A DNA stretch of 64,000 nucleotides. Source: a bacterium (lineage in GTDB: Bacteria > Ratteibacteria > UBA8468 > B48-G9 > DTJG01). The translations under genes and the position numbers were made by a program. Location of the stretch: NCBI GenBank assembly GCA_029552985.1, contig JAKPDB010000011.1, positions 2,833 to 66,832 of the forward strand, written 5' to 3'. The notes beneath the pieces are model-generated. The model saw only the letters and a program-made list of their open reading frames with translations. It did not search any database and was not told the DNA's origin. This document shows, one piece after another, positions 20,930 through 30,060 of the stretch (position 1 is its first letter; every line of letters begins with the position of its first letter).

Positions 20930-21702
20930 GGTCTTATAAGAAAAAGGATCACTCCAGCAATAATTGTATAGAACCCAAACCATTTCATTTTATTTGCATA
21001 AACAGTTTTTGAGAGTAACATAAGCGCAATATAACCTGAAATCATACCAGTGATTGCTCCAATTATACTGTTGTAATTAAATCCCTGTGGATGTTTTATT
21101 AATTCAAGAACCAGGCCACCTCCTATGGCAATAATTCCGAGAAAAAAAGAGAATTCAAATGCATCCTCAGATTTGAGCCCGGCGTTTTTCCCCGCGGTTA
21201 TTGTGGTTCCTGAACGAGAAATACCTGGTAGAATTGCAACTGCCTGAGCAATGCCAATGACTAACGAAGAAAATAAATTGATTGGTATGTTTTTCTGATT
21301 TTTTTGAACCAGCAATTCTCCGAAGAATAGAATCAACCCGTTGACAATCCAGCATGCACTAACAAGAAAAACACTTGAAATCTGGTCTATTTTAGGTTCA
21401 ATAAAAAACCCTGCAATAGCAGCGGGAATAGAAGCTAAAATCAGATACTTCCAGAGTTTTCGTTCTTCTTTATAAGATGCGTCAGCAGTTTTTATTATGG
21501 AATATAGCATTCTTCGTATGCGATATCTGAAAAAAATCAAAATTGCTAAAGCTGTTCCCATATGGACAGAAATCATTAGTGGAAGGTCAAGATTATTCAA
21601 TAATATTTTTTGAGCAAGTAAAATATGGCCTGAACTGCTAACTGGAAGAAATTCTGTAAATCCCTGTAATAAGCCGAGTAATATCGCTTCAATCATATTC
21701 AT
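20926..21702 (-). CDS. uppP: Undecaprenyl-diphosphate phosphatase
   Basis: EFLPVSSSGHILL and PGISRSGTTI signature motifs; 8 hydrophobic segments. Confidence 0.93.
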   Translation of the reverse strand: MNMIEAILLGLLQGFTEFLPVSSSGHILLAQKILLNNLDLPLMISVHMGTALAILIFFRYRIRRMLYSIIKTADASYKEERKLWKYLILASIPAAIAGFFIEPKIDQISSVFLVSACWIVNGLILFFGELLVQKNQKNIPINLFSSLVIGIAQAVAILPGISRSGTTITAGKNAGLKSEDAFEFSFFLGIIAIGGGLVLELIKHPQGFNYNSIIGAITGMISGYIALMLLSKTVYANKMKWFGFYTIIAGVILFLIRP

Positions 21703-21763
21703 TTTATTTTATCACAAAAAGTGAGATTTTGAATTATTCTGCACTGTATATTAAGATATTATT

Positions 21764-22432
21764 ATGAAAATTTCGGTTTTGATTCCGGTCTACAATGAGC
21801 AAAATACTATTACTGAAGTCCTGGAAAAAATTGTAGCACTGCCTGTGGAAAAAGAAATTATTGTTATAGATGATGGTTCTACTGATGGTACAGCAAAGAT
21901 TTTAGAAACATTGTCAGCAAAAGAAAACATTCATGTCATTACTCAAAAATTTAATAAGGGAAAAGGTTTTGCTATAAAAACAGGAATCAAGTGTGTATCT
22001 GGCGACTACGTGATTATTCAGGATGCTGATCTTGAGCTCAATCCTCTTGATATCATCAAAATGGTGGAAGAAGTGAAAAATGGGGCGCAGGTTGTCTATG
22101 GCTCCCGTTTTTTGGAAAAAAGGAAAATGCCACTGATTAATCTCCTGGCAAACAAATTTTTAACTTTTTTAACCAATCTCCTTTACCGTTCAAATATTAC
22201 TGACATGGAAACCTGTTATAAACTTTGTGCAACAGACATTCTGACTGGATTAAATCTGAAATCTGAAAGATTTGAGATTGAACCGGAAATTACATGCAAG
22301 ATATTAAAAAAAGGTTATAAGATCAAAGAGGTTTCTGTGTCATATAATCCCAGGAAAGCAGGAAAGAAAATTGGATGGAAGGATGGATTTAAGGCAATCT
22401 TTGCCATATTAAAATACAGGTTTTATGAATAG
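21764..22432 (+). CDS. GT2 glycosyltransferase, small soluble polyprenyl-phosphate-sugar-synthase-like (GT2a)
   Basis: ISVLIPVYNE, IVIDDGSTDGT, IIQDADLE (DxD), YGSR. 222 aa with no TM segment. Paralogue of 28535-29218, with the same KKIxWKDG C-terminus. Confidence 0.85.
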   Translation: MKISVLIPVYNEQNTITEVLEKIVALPVEKEIIVIDDGSTDGTAKILETLSAKENIHVITQKFNKGKGFAIKTGIKCVSGDYVIIQDADLELNPLDIIKMVEEVKNGAQVVYGSRFLEKRKMPLINLLANKFLTFLTNLLYRSNITDMETCYKLCATDILTGLNLKSERFEIEPEITCKILKKGYKIKEVSVSYNPRKAGKKIGWKDGFKAIFAILKYRFYE

Positions 22433-24134
22433 GAAAGTATTGCCCATTGGAATCATATTGTTGATAGGAGTTTTTTTTCATACAAAAGGTATAAACTGGG
22501 GGGTTCCTGATAGTGAGAGAATTTCTCTTGTTTTTGGTGACCAGAGTATTGTGGAGGATTTAATCGACCCCATGTTGCAAACGCATCAGGATATACGTGA
22601 CATGCAAATATATTATGGAGCGCCATATTCATCGGATTACAATCCTGATGAAAAAATTTCTATTGTGATTAAAGGTAAAAAGAAACTTATATCGCGAGAA
22701 CTTGTGAACTCCATGAGAAGTTATCTCGTTAGATCCTATGGCGCTGATGAACAGGCGGTTCTTGCCAGTTTAAGTAAAATGGATCCATCACATCTTGATT
22801 TCAATCCCCATTTTTTTGAATACGGAGGAATTTATTTATATCCATTAGGAGCATTGTTAAAACTTTGTTCAATGACAGGATTGATTGAATTAAAATCCAA
22901 TATGGCTTTTTATTTAAGAAATCCCGATAAAATGGGAGAACTTTACACGGTTTCTCGTATTTTTGGAGCTTTTACCTTTGTCTTTGCAACCATAATTTTT
23001 TATCTATTGTGTCTTAGGATTTCAAAAGATCAAAACATTTCGCTGATAGTGGCAATTTTATTTTCCATGACACCTGGTTTTGTTATGTGGTCACATTATC
23101 TCAAGCCATATAGCAGCGGAATGCTGTGGGTGATGTGTGCACTCTATGGGATTTTTAGATTTTTTGAAGAAAGACAATTGAAATGGATGGTTTTTTCTTC
23201 TATTTTTTCAGGGTTTGCTTTTGGCAGTGTTCTTTCTTATGGTTATGTTTTTTTAACTGTGATTCTGTCTATATTTTTCGTTACCAGCGATGCACGAAAT
23301 ATCTTTAAGAATATTGTAATTTCCGGTGTATGCTTTGTTTTTTCGTATCTTCTAACAAATCCATATGTTTTATTATCCTTTAAGGAATTTGCTAATGAAC
23401 TTTCTTATATCCAATCCTACTGGAAAAATTCTACAAGTTTTGAAAATTTGAAATATTTTTTGACAGTGTCTTTACGATATGGGCTTGGAACAGGAATATG
23501 GCTGATTGCTGCCATTTTTCTAATTTTTTCTTTGTTTTCAATGGAAAAACGATGTCTGTTGATACTGATAAGTTTGCTACCAGCTGCATTGTATTTTGGA
23601 ATGACCACTGGCAAATGGGTTCACTATTCTTTTGTTATCTACCCATATATCTTTTTGATTATTCTATGTGTTTCATTAAAAATAGGAGGAAAAGCTCTGA
23701 TAGCAATACTTTTGCCTGTTTTAATATTTACGTTTATTTTCTCTCTTGCGCATGTAATGCTTTTCTGTGATAAGAATATTCGCAGTGTTGCTGGTTTCTG
23801 GATTAACAAAAATATTCCCACAGATTCTTCAATTGGTCTTCTTGAAGCACCATCTCCCTGGAGAAGTCCACCTTTTCAATTCTTGAAATATGATATAAAA
23901 ATAGGCGAGCCAAAATCGAAATCCAGCCCCAGATACTTTATCGTAAGCGAGTATCAATGGGTGAGGGGAGGATCGCTTCAGGATATCAGGAAACTTCTTT
24001 CTGATTATGAAATTATAAAAGAATTCAAAAAAGAACCAAAATTTTTTGGATTGAAATTCAGTCAATCTGAGAAGATACCGTATGACTGGTGTCATCCAAA
24101 CCCTATGATTTTAATATGGAAAAGAAGAATTTAA
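22425..24134 (+). CDS. Large GT-C-like polytopic membrane protein (GTC-L1)
   Basis: 569 aa. TM1 then INWGVPD, loop with GADEQ acidic pair and LDFNPHFFEY, then >10 hydrophobic segments and a ~100-aa soluble tail. Paralogue of 35873-37546. Confidence 0.65.
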   Translation: MNRKVLPIGIILLIGVFFHTKGINWGVPDSERISLVFGDQSIVEDLIDPMLQTHQDIRDMQIYYGAPYSSDYNPDEKISIVIKGKKKLISRELVNSMRSYLVRSYGADEQAVLASLSKMDPSHLDFNPHFFEYGGIYLYPLGALLKLCSMTGLIELKSNMAFYLRNPDKMGELYTVSRIFGAFTFVFATIIFYLLCLRISKDQNISLIVAILFSMTPGFVMWSHYLKPYSSGMLWVMCALYGIFRFFEERQLKWMVFSSIFSGFAFGSVLSYGYVFLTVILSIFFVTSDARNIFKNIVISGVCFVFSYLLTNPYVLLSFKEFANELSYIQSYWKNSTSFENLKYFLTVSLRYGLGTGIWLIAAIFLIFSLFSMEKRCLLILISLLPAALYFGMTTGKWVHYSFVIYPYIFLIILCVSLKIGGKALIAILLPVLIFTFIFSLAHVMLFCDKNIRSVAGFWINKNIPTDSSIGLLEAPSPWRSPPFQFLKYDIKIGEPKSKSSPRYFIVSEYQWVRGGSLQDIRKLLSDYEIIKEFKKEPKFFGLKFSQSEKIPYDWCHPNPMILIWKRRI

Positions 24135-25330
24135 AAATTTTGATGTTGATTTTTTTTGTCGCTCTTGTCGCGCGCATTTGCTTCATTTTAACACTGGATA
24201 ATTCAGTGGATGTATGGGGGGACTGGTGGGATGAACTTGGTTGGAAACTTGCTTCTGGACAGGGCTACTGGGTGAATAATCCATATTTTGTCGATGGAAA
24301 ACCATTCTATTCATGGAGAGCTCCTGGTTTTCCTTTTTTTCTTGCTGCTATCTATAAGATTTTTGGACACAGTTTTCTCGCTGCAAAGATTGGTCTTGCT
24401 TTTGTAAGTTCATTGACTGCTATCTTTTTGTTTTTACTTACTGGATTTTTGGTCAATAACAAAGCAGCCATCGTGTGTGCTACAATTTATGCTGTATATC
24501 CTGTTGCGATTTTCTGGACAGGATATCTTGCGCCTGAAACACTGACAGCGTTTTTCGTTGTCGTTTTGACTTTTTTATCAGTTCTTGCAGTGAGAACAGA
24601 TAAATTATTAATATACTTTGTTTCCGGAATAACATTTGGCTGTCTTTTCCTGACCAGACCTCTTGCCATTGTTTTGTTTCCTGTGATTCTTATTTATTTT
24701 TTTATTCACAAAAAGAATTTTCTTAAGAAGGTTTTGTTTTTCTGCAGTGGTAGTTTGATTATACTTCCATGGGTTGTGCGCAATTATCTTATACATCATA
24801 CACTTGTACTTGGTTCAACCGAAGGTGGGGTAGTATTTTACATTGCTAATAATGAAAGGGTATTAGGTGAACCCAGTGGCTTTTATCATGCTGAAAACAT
24901 AGAAGAATTCAGAGGACTTTCTGAGGTTGAGATAGATAGAAAATTCTATCGTATGGGTTTTGATTTTGTAAAGAAAAATCCAGTCCTTTATTTCAATCTT
25001 GTGATAGACAGATTTATCAGATTCTGGCGATTTTTCCCGCATACAATTTCAGGACCAGGCGAGCCATACAGCAAAAAGCACGTCATGATCAGTTTTTTTA
25101 TTGAAAGCCCGTTAATTATTCTGGGCTGGATTGGGTTTTTTTTATCCTTTCGACAATGGAGAAAATTTTTTATATTGCAAGGATTTGTTGTTACATTTTC
25201 GACTTTTACAATTTTGATTCGTGCTGCCATCAGATATAGATTTCCTGTGATGCCACTGATGTTAGTTTTTTGTATTTATGCACTTTGGTTTTTTAAGGAT
25301 TTTAGGAAGAATCATGTCAGGAAATTTTGA
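24116..25330 (+). CDS. GT-C glycosyltransferase, ArnT/PMT_2-like (GTC-S1)
   Basis: TM1 then a WWDELGW acidic loop, and SWRAPGFPFFLAAIYKIFG (compare YRPPLYPLFLVLF in 27357-28538). About 11 hydrophobic segments. ATG 24116 is preferred over 24089. Confidence 0.72.
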   Translation: MEKKNLKILMLIFFVALVARICFILTLDNSVDVWGDWWDELGWKLASGQGYWVNNPYFVDGKPFYSWRAPGFPFFLAAIYKIFGHSFLAAKIGLAFVSSLTAIFLFLLTGFLVNNKAAIVCATIYAVYPVAIFWTGYLAPETLTAFFVVVLTFLSVLAVRTDKLLIYFVSGITFGCLFLTRPLAIVLFPVILIYFFIHKKNFLKKVLFFCSGSLIILPWVVRNYLIHHTLVLGSTEGGVVFYIANNERVLGEPSGFYHAENIEEFRGLSEVEIDRKFYRMGFDFVKKNPVLYFNLVIDRFIRFWRFFPHTISGPGEPYSKKHVMISFFIESPLIILGWIGFFLSFRQWRKFFILQGFVVTFSTFTILIRAAIRYRFPVMPLMLVFCIYALWFFKDFRKNHVRKF

Positions 25331-25991
25331 TTCAGTTGCTGAAGTTTATGACAGCGTGTTTAAGAGGTTTGTCCGTGATCACTATATTGAAAAACGGATT
25401 CAGTACATTAAGAAAAATTTTGGAAGTAGAAAAAAAATTCTTGATGCTGGCTGTGGAACAGGCCTTTTGACTATGCATCTTTTACAGGCAGGGTTTGATG
25501 TATATGGCATTGATATTTCTCAAGAGATGGCAAAGATTGCAGAGAATAGACTTCCGGGCAGAATCGTATGTGCCTGCATTAAGAACATTCCATTTCCTGC
25601 CGAAAGCTTTGACGGTGTGATATGTGTTGCCACATTGCACCATTTAAACCATATAGAGTTTAGGCATGCTTTGAAGGAGATGGTACGTGTTTTGAAAGTT
25701 GGAGGAAGATTGCTGATATGGGATCATAATAGAATTAACCCTTATTGGCATTGGTTAATGAAACGGGTCCCGCAGGATACAGGCCGTGAAAAAATATTTT
25801 CCGCAAAGATTATTATAAGAGAAATGAAAAGTAATGGATTAAGTTTGATCAAACACGAACGAAAAGGGTTTGTACCTGACTTTGCGCCTGCTTTGTCCAT
25901 GCCCCTTTTCACTTTTCTGGAAAAGGGTATTGAAAATATTCCATTTTTGAATTACATATGTGCACATGAAGTAATATTAGGAGAAAAATAA
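25314..25991 (+). CDS. Class I SAM-dependent methyltransferase
   Basis: ILDAGCGTGLL motif I, DGVICVATLHHL, GGRLLIWD. ATG 25314 is preceded by AGGAAGA. Confidence 0.85.
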   Translation: MSGNFDSVAEVYDSVFKRFVRDHYIEKRIQYIKKNFGSRKKILDAGCGTGLLTMHLLQAGFDVYGIDISQEMAKIAENRLPGRIVCACIKNIPFPAESFDGVICVATLHHLNHIEFRHALKEMVRVLKVGGRLLIWDHNRINPYWHWLMKRVPQDTGREKIFSAKIIIREMKSNGLSLIKHERKGFVPDFAPALSMPLFTFLEKGIENIPFLNYICAHEVILGEK

Positions 25992-26710
25992 TGTGGAGAG
26001 ACAAAAAAGTGTCAGTGATTTTTCCAACTTATAATGAAAAAGATTCTATAAGACAGGCCATAGAAGATTTTTTTGGTTCTGGTTTTGTGGACGAAATCAT
26101 CGTTGTGAACAATAATGCAATTGCAGGAACAGATGAAGAAGTAAAAAAGACACAAGCAAAGATTGTTTATGAAAAAAGGCAGGGTTATGGTTATGCGATA
26201 TGGAAAGGACTTGAACAAGCAACCGGAGACCTTTTAATCATTTCAGAACCAGATGGCACATTCTCAGGCAGGGACGTTATTAAATTGCTTGCATATTCTG
26301 ATGATTTTGATTATGTGATTGGTACCCGAACGACAAGAGAATTGATATGGCATGGCGCAAATATGGGAGCATTTTTGAAATGGGGCAACTGGGCAGTTGC
26401 AAAACTTCTGGAGTTTTTGTATAACACAACGACCCTTACAGATGTTGGTTGTACTATGAGATTGATAAAACGACATTTGTACGAAAAAGTAAAACCGTAT
26501 TTTTCAGTAGGGACTCAACATTTTGGTCCGGAATTAACAATTCTTGTTGCAAAGCGCGGAATGAAATTTATTGAAATCCCGGTGAACTATAAACCACGGA
26601 TTGGAAAATCTTCTGTAACAGGAAGTTTCAGAAAGTCCCTGGTTTTGGGATTAAAAATGATTTGGTTAATCATATCTTACAGATTCAAAAAACTTAAGGC
26701 AAAACAATGA
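25991..26710 (+). CDS. GT2 glycosyltransferase, DPM1/ArnC-like (GT2b)
   Basis: VSVIFPTYNE, GYGYAIWKG, an ISEPDG acidic motif in place of DAD, and PVNYKPRIGKSSV near the C-terminus. Confidence 0.82.
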   Translation: MWRDKKVSVIFPTYNEKDSIRQAIEDFFGSGFVDEIIVVNNNAIAGTDEEVKKTQAKIVYEKRQGYGYAIWKGLEQATGDLLIISEPDGTFSGRDVIKLLAYSDDFDYVIGTRTTRELIWHGANMGAFLKWGNWAVAKLLEFLYNTTTLTDVGCTMRLIKRHLYEKVKPYFSVGTQHFGPELTILVAKRGMKFIEIPVNYKPRIGKSSVTGSFRKSLVLGLKMIWLIISYRFKKLKAKQ

Positions 26711-27396
26711 TTCTTGCTTATCACAGAATAAATCCCTGGTATCCTGACGATGCATTAAGCGTGACACCTGAGATGTTTGAATCCCAGGTAAAGTTTCTGC
26801 TCGACAAGGGATATAAACCTGTGTCTCTTTATCAGTACATTGAAGAAAGGTCATTCACAAATAGATTTTGTGTCACATTTGATGATGGCTTTGCGGATAA
26901 TTATTTTTTTGCATATCCTGTGATAAAAAAATATAACATCAGACCTACAATATTTCTCATTGCGCATTTTATTGGTACTGAGAAAATTTATAACAAATAC
27001 AAAGACAAAGAAAAAGATAGATACCTCAAATGGAAAGAGGTTCAGGAGATGTTGAGGTCTAATGTGGACTTTGGATCGCATACTCTTTCCCATCCTGACC
27101 TTACTGTCCTTGATAGAAAACACGCCTGGGACGAGATTTTTGAGTCAAAAAAATTTATTCAAAAAAATATTGGAAGAAAAATAGACTTTTTCTGTTATCC
27201 ATATGGCAAACAGAATAAGAAAATTAGGGACATGGTTAAAAATGCAGGATATACTGGTGCAGTTGTGACAAACTGGAAAGGTGATTTTGACATATACGCG
27301 CTTCCAAGAATTGGTATTTATGGACACAATTCGTTTTTCGTATTCAGGGTGAAAATATGGCGGGCAAAATTTTTAACAAAAAAATTTTTTTCATAA
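26707..27396 (+). CDS. Polysaccharide deacetylase (CE4/NodB-homology domain)
   Basis: TFDDGFADNY (Asp-Asp metal/catalytic motif), GSHTLSHPDL (His-His), and a FCYPYG motif. Confidence 0.85.
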   Translation: MILAYHRINPWYPDDALSVTPEMFESQVKFLLDKGYKPVSLYQYIEERSFTNRFCVTFDDGFADNYFFAYPVIKKYNIRPTIFLIAHFIGTEKIYNKYKDKEKDRYLKWKEVQEMLRSNVDFGSHTLSHPDLTVLDRKHAWDEIFESKKFIQKNIGRKIDFFCYPYGKQNKKIRDMVKNAGYTGAVVTNWKGDFDIYALPRIGIYGHNSFFVFRVKIWRAKFLTKKFFS

Positions 27397-28538
27397 TTCT
27401 TTTTGGCTTCATTTTGAGGATGGTATTTGTTCTTTATCTTAAACCAGCATTTTATTTTGATGATGAACATGAATACTGGAAAATGGTAGAAAATTTTTTG
27501 CAAGGTCGTGGTCTGATAGTTGGAGAAAACCTGAAAGCATACAGACCACCGCTTTATCCTTTGTTCCTTGTTTTATTTGCTAAATTTGGAATTGGACTGA
27601 AGGGAATCAGGATTTCACAGTGTTTGATTTCCACTGCAAGCATATATCTTGTTTATTGCCTCGGGAAAAGGATTTACAACAAAAAGGTTGGAATATTGGC
27701 AGCAGGCATTTCATCTATTTATCCATTTTTTATTTTTTATTCTGGTTTTTTGCTTACAGAAACCTTATTTGTATTTCTGGTGGCATGGTGTGTTCTATCA
27801 TTTATTAAATTGACGGAAAAAAATGTATTGCCGTTTTATGGATTTGTTTCTGGTGGGGTCTGCGGACTTGCTGGGCTATGCAGACCAACAATGGAATTAT
27901 TTTTTCCTTTCTGTGTACTTTTTGTGCTGTGCACTAAGCAGGAGATGAAAAACAAGTTAAAGAAAATGGCATTTGCCATTGCTGGATTTATTCTGGTTTT
28001 AAGCATGTGGGTGATAAGGAACTATATTGTTCTTGGTAAGTTTGTACCTGGAACCACAATGGGTGGAGCAGTGTTCTGGGAAGGAAACAATCCTTATTCA
28101 CAGGGAGGTCCATGCAGGTATTTTCCTGAAGGTGTCTGGCAGATTGAGGAATCGAAAAGAGACGCAGTTTTTTACAGTTTAACATTTGATTGTATAAAAA
28201 AAGATCCGCATAGGTTTACTTTATTGCTGTGGAAAAAATTTATCAGATTCTGGAACGTTGTTCCAAATGCTTCTGAGTACAGTGGAACATTATACAATGT
28301 TATTAGCGTGTTGAGCTTTGGATTATTGATTCCATTTTTCGTTCTTGGAATGTTTGTGCCTGTACGAAATTGCAAAACAGGATTTTTAATAGGAATTATT
28401 GCGTTTTTTACTATTTTTCATATGATTTTTATTGCTTCCATACGTTATAGAATTGCCATAGAACCCTTTGTGATTTTGTTTGCCTCAGCTGGATTTTTGT
28501 GGCTCGTGGATTCTATTAAAGGAAAGATAAATATATGA
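27357..28538 (+). CDS. GT-C glycosyltransferase, ArnT/PMT_2-like (GTC-S2)
   Basis: TM1 then an FDDEHEYW acidic loop, YRPPLYPLFLVLF, and about 11 hydrophobic segments. Paralogue of 24116-25330. Confidence 0.75.
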   Translation: MAGKIFNKKIFFIILFGFILRMVFVLYLKPAFYFDDEHEYWKMVENFLQGRGLIVGENLKAYRPPLYPLFLVLFAKFGIGLKGIRISQCLISTASIYLVYCLGKRIYNKKVGILAAGISSIYPFFIFYSGFLLTETLFVFLVAWCVLSFIKLTEKNVLPFYGFVSGGVCGLAGLCRPTMELFFPFCVLFVLCTKQEMKNKLKKMAFAIAGFILVLSMWVIRNYIVLGKFVPGTTMGGAVFWEGNNPYSQGGPCRYFPEGVWQIEESKRDAVFYSLTFDCIKKDPHRFTLLLWKKFIRFWNVVPNASEYSGTLYNVISVLSFGLLIPFFVLGMFVPVRNCKTGFLIGIIAFFTIFHMIFIASIRYRIAIEPFVILFASAGFLWLVDSIKGKINI

Positions 28539-29218
28539 AGCTTTCCATTATTATTCCTGTTTATAACGAAAAGGCAACGGTTGCACAGATTATTCAAAGA
28601 GTGCTTGAGGTTCCACTGGAGAAGGAAATTATCATTGTTGATGATGGTAGTACCGATGGAACAACTGAGATTATTGAACAACTGAAGGGCAGGCATCCTG
28701 AAATAAAAATTTGTTTTATTAAAACAAACATGGGCAAAGGCTATGCAATACGGAGAGGATTGCAGGAAACAACAGGAGATGTAGTTGTGATACAGGATGC
28801 AGATCTTGAGTATGACCCCATGGATTTTCTTCATCTGATCAAACCAATCAAGGAGGGTAGAGCGGATGTTGTCTATGGGTCAAGGGTACTCGGTAAAAAC
28901 CCGAAATCCTCATTTTCATTTTATGTGGGCGGAAGATTGCTATCATTCTTATCAAATGTGCTTTATGATACTTCTATCACAGACGAACCGACCTGCTATA
29001 AAATGTTCAAAAGTAGCGTGATAAAATCCATTAAACTGAATTGCAAAAGATTTGAATTCTGTCCTGAAGTGACTGCAAAAATCGCAAAGAAGGGGATAAA
29101 AATATATGAGGTTCCTATTAAGTATGCACCACGAACAAAAAGAGAAGGTAAAAAAATTAAGTGGAAAGATGGTTTGATTGCTATATGGACATTGATAAAA
29201 TACAGAATTCTTGTTTAA
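28535..29218 (+). CDS. GT2 glycosyltransferase, small soluble (GT2a-prime)
   Basis: LSIIIPVYNE, IIVDDGSTDGT, VIQDADLEYDP, YGSR, GKKIKWKDG. Alignable along its full length with 21764-22432. Confidence 0.85.
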   Translation: MKLSIIIPVYNEKATVAQIIQRVLEVPLEKEIIIVDDGSTDGTTEIIEQLKGRHPEIKICFIKTNMGKGYAIRRGLQETTGDVVVIQDADLEYDPMDFLHLIKPIKEGRADVVYGSRVLGKNPKSSFSFYVGGRLLSFLSNVLYDTSITDEPTCYKMFKSSVIKSIKLNCKRFEFCPEVTAKIAKKGIKIYEVPIKYAPRTKREGKKIKWKDGLIAIWTLIKYRILV

Positions 29219-30021
29219 TATGTGGAGGAGGTACCCGGGTTGTCTGGAAAGAAAAAAAGTATATTGCAAGAAGATGCAAAAGATGCGATGTGATCTTTTG
29301 TCCACCTGCATCCAATTTGACAAATTTGTATGATGAAAAATATTTTTTTCAATGGTACATAAAATCGTATTTCAAAAGAAAACGATATCTTCAAAAACTA
29401 TTTTCAAATATCGAAAAAAAAATAACATTACCCCGAGGAAATTTACTTGATATAGGTTGTGGTACTGGAATATTTCTCGAACTTGCAAAAAAGAGAAACT
29501 TCAATATTACTGGACTTGATATTTCACCATTTGCTGTAGAACATTGTAAAAAAAGGGGGTTTGATGTTATTTATGGTGATATAAGGCAGGCAAAGTTTAT
29601 TGATAACTATTTTAATATTGTAACAATGTTAGATGTTATTGCACATGTAGATTATCCATTAGAATATCTCAAGAGTGTTAACAAAATTCTTAAGGACAAT
29701 GGATTGATCATCATTAAAACACCTGTTCATTCCATGTTTCTTTTTCATATTGCCAATCTATTAAAATTTACTGGAAAATCAAAAAGTTTGCTTCATATCC
29801 CTGCACAGATATTCCATTTTAATTTTAGGTCGATTAGAAATCTTTTATTCCTTGCGGGATTTGAAAGCGTTTGTGTTATCCAAACAAGAGATCTGCCTGG
29901 TTTTTTTCTTTCTCTCTCACCGGGTGCAATTTTTCTTTACCTTGTTAAAATTTTATTTCAACCATTTTTTGTTCCGGATTCAATAATTATAATAGGCAGA
30001 AAATACAAAATTGGCCAGTAA
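29185..30021 (+). CDS. SAM-dependent methyltransferase with N-terminal Cys4 zinc ribbon
   Basis: CLICGG..x15..CKRCDVIF, then LLDIGCGTGIF motif I and a VTMLDVIAHV motif. ATG 29185 is preferred over GTG 29161. Confidence 0.8.
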   Translation: MDIDKIQNSCLICGGGTRVVWKEKKYIARRCKRCDVIFCPPASNLTNLYDEKYFFQWYIKSYFKRKRYLQKLFSNIEKKITLPRGNLLDIGCGTGIFLELAKKRNFNITGLDISPFAVEHCKKRGFDVIYGDIRQAKFIDNYFNIVTMLDVIAHVDYPLEYLKSVNKILKDNGLIIIKTPVHSMFLFHIANLLKFTGKSKSLLHIPAQIFHFNFRSIRNLLFLAGFESVCVIQTRDLPGFFLSLSPGAIFLYLVKILFQPFFVPDSIIIIGRKYKIGQ

Positions 30022-30037
30022 TTGCAGTGTTTCAGTG

Positions 30038-30043
30038 TATAAT
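30038..30043 (+). promoter_or_regulatory. Possible internal -10 element (TATAAT) in the only gap of the glycosylation operon
   Basis: A perfect TATAAT lies 18 nt upstream of ATG 30061, but no convincing -35 is present at 16-18 nt spacing. Confidence 0.3.
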
Positions 30044-30060
30044 ATAGTACTGATAAGGAC

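Noticed and set aside
20930-20983. Upstream extension of pyrK overlapping uppP by 58 nt
   Set aside because: The internal ATG at 20929 gives the typical pyrK N-terminus and a 4-nt ATGA-type overlap. The extension has no homology.
21729-21752. Full sigma70 promoter for the glycosylation operon
   Set aside because: A TATATT -10-like hexamer (21747-21752) is present, but the only TTGAAT -35 candidate is 12 nt away, which is the wrong spacing. I mention it only as a possible -10 within the leaderless-geometry finding.
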